A stretch of 64,000 nucleotides of DNA from Setoptus koraiensis (lineage: Eukaryota > Animalia > Arthropoda): NCBI GenBank assembly GCA_048013815.1, contig CM106586.1, forward strand, positions 992,001 to 1,056,000, in the 5' to 3' direction. The translations under genes and the position numbers were made by a program. The notes beneath the pieces are model-generated. The model was not told where the DNA came from. It ran no database searches and saw only the letters and a list, made by a program, of their open reading frames with translations. Of this stretch, positions 51,273 to 62,200 are shown one piece after another (position 1 is the first letter of the stretch; every line of letters starts with the position of its first letter).

Positions 51273-52206
51273 GGTTATAGTAGCGAACAGCGACCACGCC
51301 CAATTTGGGTATTTTGGGTATTTCTGGGTAGGATATTGTACCCTGATACCCGAACAGGTATTCCGGAAGTGCGGAAATTCTTCGTTACCGAGATACCCGA
51401 GGTACCGCATACTGGGTATTTTAGGGTATAAGAGGGCATGTTGAGGGTAAAGTCGGCCGTACCTATCCGCTTGGACATCCGGTCAGATGCTGAGGTCCTC
51501 GCACCGGAGGAAAATCATTCCTAGAAGCCACAGGAAGCGAATGAAAGCGGTCAAACTGAAGAGGCGTGGCCGATGCGCGCGGCGCGGAGTAAAACTGCCC
51601 GCAGTTAGTGAGACCACCCACCGAGTCCTAGCACTACTGAGGATGATGAAAGTTGAATAAAGGCTTAGCCCTGACTTTTTCGACGCTTTCGACCTCGCGG
51701 TCCGCGCAGACTCGGAACTCAGCTCGTACTGACCCCTATTCCGATCTTCACCGACTCGGCCTTCGGCCTCGCGAGCTTGCCTCGCTTCGGGTTGAGGGCT
51801 TCGCCCTCAACCCTCGCTCGTACCGACAACCCCGGCCTTCGGCCGAGTAATTGTCACACACCCGAACACCAGAAACAATGCGAATGCGTGCCAGGCTGAG
51901 TGCGGCTCGTGAGACGTCAGATGTGACTCGAATTGCGTGACCGGAAGTTGGTCCAACAGTGAATGGTGGACATCTCCTGAGTGGATGATTGTAAGGGTGA
52001 GATTCTAACTGCATGTTAACGGTGGTATCTGGACCTAACCGAAAATACCTAAATTCTAGTCTGAGGCACTCCTGAGGCCCGGAAAATGCTTTTCCCCGTA
52101 TCTCCGGAAGTAGAAATTTCCGCACTTCCGGACCTTCAAAAACGTTCTTTGGGGCCGCTTCGCGGCCCTTGTGTGGAGTGTGAAGGAAATCGGGCTTGGT
52201 CGTTGT
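51273..52206 (+). mobile_element. MITE-C copy with intact left TIR and truncated right TIR
   Basis: GGTTATAGTAGCGAACAGCGACCACGCCC matches the reverse complement of the right end at 47699-47727. Confidence 0.85.
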
Positions 52207-52209
52207 GTA

Positions 52210-52485
52210 GATTTTAAGCATTCTCACCATTTTACCAGACCACATAATCGCATAGCCAGAGTAGCTCTCAGGTTGACATCTTTTACTCTATTCTTTGAAG
52301 TGCTTCCACAGCTGTCGATTGTTGTTTCTCCATTACAAGTTCCACAGACCAAATGTACTTGGGATTCTAGGCCAACATGGGATACCTCAGACATCTCTTT
52401 CTTTCTGTTACATGTTTTACAAGTGGCCTCGTCAATTATCTCCTGTATTGCACTCTCTGTTATTAGTAGAAAATTGGGTTATACT
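52210..52485 (-). pseudogene. PF20700-type transposase N-terminal fragment (not in the ORF track because it has no start codon)
   Basis: Manual translation: ATCKTCN..GLESQVHLVCGTCN..KDVNLRATLAMRLCGL; paralogous to 49165-49472. Confidence 0.65.
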
Positions 52486-52489
52486 TGCG

Positions 52490-53337
52490 AAGTGGGCACC
52501 CACCAGATTAGGGTATTTTGGGTATTTTTGGGTAGCGTATAGTACCCTGATACCCGAATAGGTATTTATAATATGTAGAAATGTCAGGTTTCTGAGATAA
52601 CCGAGGTACCGCACAGTGGGCGTTTTGAGATACCCGATGACCGCTAGCGGTCTCAGCGGCGTACCCGAAGAAATTTCGGGTATCATTAAGGTACACCCGG
52701 GTACACTTGTTTTTCTGGAGGTATTCCGGAAGTGAAGAAGTGACCTTAAATTGAGATAACTGGGGTCGGGTATCACGTGTTTTCCGGCATGACTTGTAAT
52801 CATGTCCGCACGTGTGCGGCTCACTCGTCGCGGGTAGCTTGAGGTACCCCGAGTCACCCACCGACACCCCGCGCGCGCGAAAATCATTATTCCACTCGGG
52901 AGCGTACCTGTGATGAGTCTAAGAACTCGGCCTGCGGCCTCGTATTTTGGAGGCCGTCACATCTCCGTCGTCGCTACCGCGACGACTGCGTGCGACAGGA
53001 ACCATTCGGGTAGGGTTGATGAGCGCTTCGGGTTTCGGGCTTCGCCCTCAGCCCTCCGCTCACATGACTGCAAACCATAGACGAGAGTAAGAGACAAGAA
53101 GAAAAGTTGAAAGCCTCGGAACATGATTCAAGCACAGAACTAGCGCTGTGCCTTCTTGTGTGGTGAAATATCTGAGCCTCTAGGGCTCACGTGTTTCCTC
53201 GTGCGCACGAACATTCCGTCCCGGGCGGAATACCTGGGTGGTTTTTCCTAAATATCTCTGGAACCAGAGGTCGCACAGACATTAGATGAACCACATTGTA
53301 CTGAAAATGACTGTTGCCTGCTGCATATCAAGTTTTA
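52490..53337 (+). mobile_element. GG-MITE internal fragment with the 160-bp core (52918-53077)
   Basis: GGGTATTTTGGGTATTT arm and core; truncated by a HINE 5' end. Confidence 0.7.
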
Positions 53338-54000
53338 TTAGCGCTTAATTTTAATTAAGTAGCTATTGGTGTGGTTCGGATGGATACGTTTATTCACGTG
53401 GGTAGAACAAATCAGTGCTTTTTTCAACTAGGAAAAAATAGCACGGTGAAAGCTGTACTATGAGAAATAAACTAGATAAATTTAGAACACTCAAAGCTTA
53501 CAATGTTGATTAGTTAAATTTAGCACACAGAATGCTATGCGCGCGAAACACTAACAAGACGCGATTAGCACGCTCAATACCGAGATGCTATCTAGATGAA
53601 TCTAGCACAGCATAAGGCTAGCTGTATACAATTCGGGTTTAGTGCACTGGAAGCTAGAGGGGTTGGAACTAGGAGATTGTAGAACAGTAGATACTATTCA
53701 GAATAACTACTGCTTCTCAGCACTGTCAATGCTGATGTGGCTGAAACTAGACGAGTGTAGCACGCTCAATGCTGAGATGCTAACTAGATGAATCTAGCAC
53801 AGCATAAGGCTAGCTGTATACAATTCGGATTTAGTGCACTGGAAGCTAGAGGTGTTGGAACTAGGAGATTGTAGTACAGTAGAGGCTACTCAGAATAGCT
53901 TTTGCTTCTTAGCACTGTCAATGCTGATGTGGCTGAAACTAGACGAGAGTAACACGTTCAATACAGTGATGCTAACTAGATGAATTTAGCACAAGCATAA
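53338..54000 (+). mobile_element. HINE-like 5' portion with an internal duplication
   Basis: 5' terminus at 53338-53359; family-1 sequence with a repeated block at about 53580-53960. Confidence 0.8.
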
Positions 54001-54199
54001 TAAAGCAAGTAATACGCAGCACAATCACACATTGAAATAGCACACAACACACGTTGTGCGCCATTGCTTCTAGGTGTATGTATTGAAATCATTAATTGTG
54101 GCAAAACTAACCGATAGAAGTGCACCAATTTTCGCATGCAGGCAGCAGACATGTACATCTAACTATGGTGAAAATTTGAGAAACCTGGATCTAGTTTGT

Positions 54200-54825
54200 G
54201 ATACTCTTTAGATGGTATGAAACGACCAAACGATCAATTTGGATAGCATAGCGCACACGATTTTTTTGCCACTTCGGCCCTCTGAACAACATCGAATCAG
54301 TATTAAATAAAATTAGACGGAATTCTGCCTTATCCTCTCAATCGAAGCCACATATTCAGTTTATACTCACCATATATTGTACAACTTTTGAAAAAAGCTC
54401 CAAACTTCTGATGGAGATCATCAATATCGTCAAGCTCTTCCGTTGCCTTCCAGAGGGCTCTTATCAAAATCTTCTCGACTTCAGCCTGGTTTTCATGGTA
54501 TTGATCGAATAACGTGGTTCCGTCCCATCTGTTCATTCCTCCCTTGTAGCGCCCGCAAGATTACTATGTTCGAGCAGAAAAAAGAAATCTATTTGTTAGA
54601 TGCATGATCAGTCAACGAGTTGCGATGATAATCTTATAAATTAGGCCTTCTTACCTCACAAAAGTCCGTGCAAGGGTCAATTTCTTGGTTCATATTTTGT
54701 TTTATCCTTTCAGCCGCTTGAGTGCAGGCCTCGGTATTGCAAATTGAAGTCGTACATTGTACGACACTTAAAGAGTGTGCAACAAAGAATGCTGCTACGA
54801 TGATGTTCGAAGATCGGGGCCTCAT
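54200..54825 (-). pseudogene. Neprilysin (M13 peptidase)-like gene, 5' exons, pseudogenised
   Basis: Signal-like N-terminus then CNTEACTQAAERIKQNMNQEIDPCTDFCE; 91-bp GT-AG intron (54654-54564); exon 2 begins with TAA where Tyr is expected, then SCG...KFGAFFKSC; donor GTGAGT at 54370. Confidence 0.75.
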
Positions 54826-55134
54826 TTTAGCCCAACCAATTAATATTTCTGCTTAGTTAAACTCTATCAAGTTCTTATTGATGAATTCTGATCAATGAAT
54901 AATCGAATCCATTAATTTATAGTTCACTCACGCAAGACGAGGCTGGATTCAGAAGCTCTGCGAAATCCACTCATGAGTTGTTACTATGTTATTAGTTGAG
55001 CAACAATGTTATTATTCAGCACCCTCCACCTCATCCTGAAACTTACGAGTTTTTTTCCCCTCAAGAGACATTGCGAAAACTGAGAAAAAAATATCACGAG
55101 TCAGCACAATTATGATTGTTATTAATATGTAAGA

Positions 55135-56246
55135 CTAGGATAGATTCCTCAGCTCCGCAAGAGACTCGTATCTTGCAGAGCATGTGATTATTAACTCATC
55201 ATCGATGTAGGGATATCCAGTGAGGTTGGTGAACAGATAGGGGCACGGATCGATAAAAATAAACTTGACGGTCATATCTTGATGTCCTTCTATACGAACC
55301 ACATTGGTTGTTCTCCATATTATCGAATCTTCGTGTTGAAATTGACCGCAAGTGCAGATGATGAAACTAACAAATGTGAATACGGCCACAATTTTGGCTG
55401 GTGCAAGACCAATTAGGCGAATCATGTTGTGATGTTTATTCGGAGGCAAGGATTTTGTAAGTACGTCCTCCATCTGTAGATTGGTTTCTGTGTATTTTAT
55501 CGAGAATTTGCCTTGTTTGTATTGTTCTTGGATTGTCTTTAACTCGATGTCAAGGTGCTTTGTTCTCTGGTTGTATTCACTGCTTTCTATTAATCTTAGG
55601 GCTGCTTGATTGTCGAGACAGAGAGTACTAGATGTGGATATGTCGAGTTCGGTTAGAAGACTGTTTAACCATTTCAATTCCTTTATTGCTAGGTTGGCTG
55701 CAATGAATTCTGATTCAGTCGTGGAGGATGCTATCAGAGATTGTTGTTTACATCGATATATGATAGGTCCACCACACATATCCAATAATATACCACTCAT
55801 AGAGCGTCTAGTGACAGGGTCGCCCCCCCAATCACTATCGCTGTAGCAAGATATCGTCAAATCATCATCATTTCTTCTAAACATAATGCCATGTGAGCTA
55901 GTCCCTTTTAGATATCTGAGAATCATTTTTGCCGAGGTCCAATGTTTCTCTGCGGGAGATGTGTTGAACCTCGCTAGAGTATTAACCACGAAACTGATAT
56001 CTGGCCTTGTAAGACATGAGATGTAATTTAGTGCGCCGATTAATTGTCGATACGGTGCATTAACTCTCTGATCAGTCGATAATACTGTTGAGAGATGGTT
56101 ACTGTCTATCAGTAGAGTATGGTATGCTTTGCACTCGCCCATCTGATACTTTGATATTGTTTGTTTAATGTAATTTTCTTGATGTAGTAAAATGCCGTCT
56201 GATTCATGCTTGATCTCAAAGCCAACAAAGTAATTACTATCTACCA
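55135..56246 (-). pseudogene. Ty1/copia RT C-terminus and RNase H with in-frame env-like extension
   Basis: YRQLIGALNY..TRPDI, YSDSDWGGD, SSTTESEF, DNQAA, RTKHLDI, DVLTK; reading continues 89 aa beyond the usual end of pol. Confidence 0.9.
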
Positions 56247-57715
56247 TTTTAGCGCTTAATTTTAATTAAGCTGCTATTGGGATGGGTCTGGGTGCTACGT
56301 TCATTCACGTGACTATGTAATCCTATGGAGGGTGGACTTAGTCAAATTTGTGAGAATCCTGCTAGACATTACACATGTATTCCTATGCAGATTCGACTTG
56401 GATTATTATCGCTTCACTCGAAAATATTTCGTATGCGATCTTATGTAGATTTGGCTAGGTCGAATTTGTGAGGAGTTCGGTGGTGACAAATCGAACTTGA
56501 AAATTGAAAATTGGAATTTCTAATGGGAGTTTCAGCTGCTAGTTCGAAGTTAGTGGTTCAGTGTTCTTAGTTTCATGGTCAGAGTTCGGTGGTCACGTTC
56601 CGAACTTCGAAATTCGAAATTGAAAATTCGATTTTCTGATGATAGTTTCAGCTGCTTCGTCGAAGTTCGATGGTCAGAGTTCCGTGGTCAGAGTTCGATG
56701 GTCGCAATTCGAACTTTAAAATTCGAATTTCGAAATTGAAAATTCGGATTCCTAATGATAGTTTCATCTGTTCGTTCGATGTTCGATGGTCAAAGTTCGA
56801 TGGTCGCAGTTCGAACTCCGAACATGGAAATTCGAAATTGAAAATTCGGATTTCTGATGATAGTTTCAGCTGCTTCGTCGAAGTTCGATGGTTAGTGTTC
56901 GATGGTCGGAGTTCGATGGTCACATTTCGAAGTTCGGTGGTAACAATTCGAAATTGAAAATTCGATTTTCTGAAATGAGTTTCAGCTGCTCCGTCAATGT
57001 TCGTGGTTCAGTGTCCGAATTTCGATGGTTACAATTCGAAGTTCGGTGGTCACATTTCGAACTTCGAAATTTCGAAATTGAAATTTCGTATTTCTGTTGA
57101 CAGTTTCATCTGCTCGTTCGATGTTCGACGGTCAGTGTTCGATGGTCAATGTTGAATGGTCACAATTCGAACTTCGAAATTCGAAATCGATGCACTATAA
57201 CCAAGTGTGCGCCGTTGACTAATTGGTGTGTCTAACTAAATTACTCATTGCGGCGAAACTGACTAGTAGAATCTTATTAAATTTCGTACGCAAGCAATTC
57301 GAAGTTAAATGGTCAGAGTTCGATGGTCACATTTCGAAGTTCGGTGGTAACAATTCGAAATTCGAAATTGAAAATTCGATTTTCTGAAATGAGTTTCAGC
57401 TGCTCCGTCAATGTTCGTGGTTCAGTGTCCGAATTTCGATGGTTACAATTCGAAGTTCGGTGGTCACATTTCGAACTTCGAAATTTCGAAATTGAAATTT
57501 CGTATTTCTGTTGACAGTTTCATCTGCTCGTTCGATGTTCGACGGTCAGTGTTCGATGGTCAATGTTGAATGGTCACATTTCGAACTTCGAAATTCGAAA
57601 TCGATGCACTATAACCAAGTGTGCGCCGTTGACTAATTGGTGTGTCTAACTAAATTACTCATTGCGGCGAAACTGACTAGTAGAATCTTATTAAATTTCG
57701 TACGCAAGCAATCGA
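56247..57715 (+). mobile_element. HINE-like element with TTCGAA arrays and a tandem duplication of about 410 bp (56909-57715)
   Basis: 5' terminus at 56247-56270; its likely 3' tip is at 59235-59278, beyond a nested family-2 element. Confidence 0.7.
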
Positions 57716-57719
57716 CATC

Positions 57720-59239
57720 GAGATTTGAGTTTCTCTAATCCCGTGTTAAAGTATCTAAACATTACACATGTTAATCTTATGGAGATTTGAGTCTCTCGAT
57801 TACCATGTTAAAGTATCTAAACATTACACATGTTAACTCTATGGAGATTTGAGTCTCTCGATTCCCGTGTTAAAGTATCTAAACATTACACATGTTAACC
57901 CTATGGAGATTTGAGTCTCTCAATTCCTGTGTTAAAGTATCATGGTGTCACATACTCGCATCGTGTCAAATCTCCATAGACTTAGCATGTGTAATGTTTA
58001 GATACTTTAACATGGTAATCGAAAGACTCAAATCCCTATAGAGTTAACATGTGTAATGTTTAGATACTTTAACACGGTAGTCGAGAGACTAAAATCTCCA
58101 TAAGGTTAGTATGTGTAATGTTTAGATAGTTTAACATCAATCAACCATCGATCAAATTGGACTTAGGTGCTGCGAAATTCCTCACCATTGAAACAACCTT
58201 CTTCGTGCTCAACGAACAAATGATCTCTAGTCTCATTGTAGAACTCGAACCACGAATGTAAACAAGCTACAGAGCCAGCTATCTACATACGAAACTGAGA
58301 AGCAACAACACGTAAACAAATTTTGAAGAGCTAGAATGTGATGATGAGGTGGCAGACGTAGATTTCGATCATATCTGTAGCTAACTATGTATTAGAGGGC
58401 GGAGCGACTTAAGTCTCAATCAATCTGTAGCTCAGTGTGTGCTAGGAAAAGGAAAGACTTAAGTCTCAAATTAGTGTGTAGCTTACTGTGTGCTGAGGAG
58501 GTGGAGCGACTTAAGTCTTAATCAAGCTGTAGCTTACTGTGTGCTGAGGAGGTGGAGCGACTTAAGTCTCAAACTAGTGTGTAGCCTACTGTGTGCTGAG
58601 GAGGTGGAGCGACTTAAGTCTCAATCAAGCTGTAGCTTACTGTGTGCTGAGGAGGTGGAGCGACTCAATCAAGCTGTAGCCTACTGTGTGCTGAGGAAGT
58701 GGAGCGACTCAATCAAGCTGTAGCCTACTGTGTGCTGAGGAGTTGGAGCGACTCAATCAAGCTGTAGCTTACTGTGTGCTGGGGAGGTGGAGCGACTTAA
58801 GTCTCGATCAAGCTGTAGCTTACTGTGTGCTGAGGAGGTGGAGCGACTTAAGTCTAAATCAAGCTGTAGCTTACTGTGTGCTGAAGAAGCAGAGAGACTC
58901 AATCAAGCTGCAGCTTACTGTGTGCTGAGGAGGTGGAGCGACTTAAGTCTCTATCGAGCTGTAGCTTACTGTGTGCTGAGGAGGTGGAGCGACTTAAGTC
59001 TCGATCAAGCTGTAGCTTACTGTGTTCTGAGGAGGTGGAGCGACTTAAGTCTCAATCAAGCTGTAGCTTACTGTGTGCTGAGGAGGTGGAGCGACTTAAG
59101 TCTCATTCAGGCTGTAGCTTTCTGTGTGCTAATGAGGGGGCGTGACTCAAAATTGTAGGCTTGTGTGTGGATTGCCACCTCCATTTAGGATCCAACATCA
59201 CTACATCATTAGCGCTTAATTAAAATTAAGCGCTAAAAA
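57720..59239 (-). mobile_element. HINE-like family-2 element with about 15 copies of a 51/44-bp repeat and inverted 62-bp arrays
   Basis: Palindromic 5' end at 59209-59239, fused to a 3' terminus at 59235-59278. Confidence 0.8.
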
Positions 59240-59278
59240 TTAAGCGCTCGAGATACTGATCGAATCAGTATCACTTGT

Positions 59279-62200
59279 TTTTCGTAATTGTTGAGTCTCT
59301 GGCTTATCTTGTGATTTTGCACGATCATATGATCTCTGCTTATCAGAATGCTTGAACTTTTCATTATTTTTGTGCTCTGACTAATGGCATCGCTAGAGAT
59401 AACATCGTCCGAGCAAATGCCAGCAGCAAATCTATTCACGATGCCGAGCATGACAATAAATCCTACAATATCAACGACATTGTGAAAGTCTACTTTCCAC
59501 CCAAATCAATTAGGGTCTCTCAATTCCTGTGTTAAAGGATCTAAACATTACACATGTTAACCTTATGGAGATTTGAGTTTCTCAATTCCCGTGTTAAAGT
59601 ATCCAAGAAAAAAAGATTGAAAAATTCATTCGAAAGCCACCAAATTCGCACTGTCGAACATTCTATCTATGGCTATCTAGTGTGCGGAAATTGGCAATTT
59701 TATCTCGACAAAATTGGAAACTATGGCTGATTTTCGAAAATAAAATAGTGCATGAAAATGCGGATGCATCATAGCGATCAAGTATCGTTCAAATATAGAT
59801 GCGAGTATGTGATAACATGTCGGAGTTGAACATCTATGCCTGTCGAATCAGAGTAGCCGAAAAGATGACATAATAAATACAAGTTCTTCAAATTCCTATC
59901 ACAACGTGATACACATGTTGGTTGTTCTAGCGATTAGGTCCCCAACCGGATCTTGATAAAACTTCCGGTATAGGTCTATTCTGACCTAACTAAGACGAAA
60001 AAAGTGAACCGGAAGCCAGGAAACTTCCGGTTCCGGTTTTACATAAAGTTAAAGCTATAGCTCTGAAATTCACTACAGAGACGTTTCAAGCTACGCTGAA
60101 CACGATGACATAATTTTCAGCTCTGTGCGACTTCCGGTTTTCGAGATATAGAGATATTACTGGGGTTAGAATACCGGAAGTGACCAAATTATTGCTTCGC
60201 TGCGCTCAGGGATGCACATGCGGTGTGTCTGAGAACTCGGCCTGCGGCCTCGTATTCTGGAGGCCGTCACATCTCCGTCGTCGCGGGAGCGACGACTGCG
60301 TGCGACGGGAACCCTTCGGGTAGGGTTGATGAGCGCTTCGGGTATCGGGCTGCGCCCTCTACCCTCCGCTCACATGACTGCAATCCAAACACAGCTGCAG
60401 GCGGGAAGAGTGAACGAACCAACTAATTCGTTGATATTCAGGGTTAAAATGACCGAAACAGACATGGATACAGGGTGTTGCGCGCACGAGGCACAGGATG
60501 GGTCCGCTCATCGCGACCGCACAGGGCCCGGCCACACCCTTTTTCGCGTTAAACAGCTATATCTAGGTAACCGGAAGTGGCAGAAGATTAATTTTGATTT
60601 CATCGTGCTCCGGTAGGCGTCATCTATCCGATTATGAATTTTCAAAGCTCTATCTCAATCTTTTGGTAACTCCGGAACCGGAAGTTTCCTGGCTTCCGGT
60701 CTACTCATTCCATGATATGGGGCCCCTACGGGACCCATGTGTGAAGTTTCATCGAAATCTGAGTGGGGACCTAATCGCAAGAACACCCCACATGTTGACC
60801 GACTACTCTGATCTGACAGGCATAGATGTTCATCTCTGACATGGTGTCACAAACTCGCATCCATATTCCAACGATACTCGTCTATCAAAAAAATTAAGCG
60901 CTCGAGATACTGACGGAATCAGTATTACTTGTATGTATCAGACCAGTTTGATTCTGGAGACCCGACGTTGGCTAGTAGTTCGCTTGCTTCGCTGTCTCCA
61001 CCGTATGCCTCTCTGTAATCTGCTAGCGGCACCAGCATGAAACAAAACTTGTTATCGTCCAGACTGTCCTTGTAGCCGCTCTGTGGAAGGCGCGACAGGC
61101 AGTCTGCCTCGCAGTGCTGCTGTCCTGATTGGTATTTTATATTAAGCTTGTACTCCGAGAGTGCGATTGCCCATCTGGCGAGTTTGCCGCTTTGGGTGTT
61201 CTAAATTTATCCAATTTATTTCGCATAGTATAGCTTTCACCGTGCTATTCTTTTCTAGTTGAAAACTGCACTGATTTGTTCTACTCACGTGAATAAACGT
61301 ATCCATCATCACCACACGAATAGCAACTTAATTAAAATTAAGCGCTAAAAATCTGATGGATCAATCCGATTTTGTATTGATTATAGACGACTTAACTCTG
61401 TAACAAAAAAATGGGCCTTTCCTCTACCCAATCAAGAGGACATACTCAGTTCCTGCGGAGGAGCACGTTACATAACGACATTAGACATGAACAGTGGGTT
61501 CTGGCAGATACCCATGGATGAGAAGAGCACAGAATTGACAGCGTTTTCAACTACAGACGCCCAATGTGAATATTTGTACATGCCTTTCGGCCTGGGTATT
61601 TTGGGTATTTCTGGGTAGTATATTGTACCCTGATACCCGAACAGGTATTCCGGAAGTGCGGAAATGCTTCGTTACCGAGATACCCGAGGTACCGCATACT
61701 GGGTATTTTAAGATATAAGAGGGCATATTGAGGGTAAAGTCGGCCGTACCTATCCGCTCGGACATCCGGTCAGATGCTGAGGTCCTCGCACCGAAGGAAA
61801 ATCATTCCTAGAAGCCACAGGAAGCGAATGAAAGCGGTCAAACTGAAGAGGCGTGGCCAATGCGCGCGGCGCGGAGTAAAACTGCCCGCAGTTAGTGAGA
61901 CCACCCACCGAGTCCGAGCACTACTGAAGATGATGAAAGTTGAATGAAGGCTTAGCCCTGACTTTTTCGACGCTTTCGACCTCGCGGACCGCGCAGACTC
62001 GGAACTCCGCTCGTACTGACCCCTATTTCGATCTTTACCGACTCGGCCATCGGCCTCGCAAGCTTGCCTCGCTTCGGGTTCAGGGCTCCGCCCTCAACCC
62101 TCGCTCGAACCGACAACCCTGGCCTTCGGCCGAGTAATTGTCACGCACCCGAACACCAGAAACAATGCGAATGCGTGCCAGGCTGAGTGCGGCTCGTGAG

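Noticed and set aside
58400-59135. CRISPR-like array
   Set aside because: Units are contiguous with no unique spacers, there are no cas genes and the context is eukaryotic.
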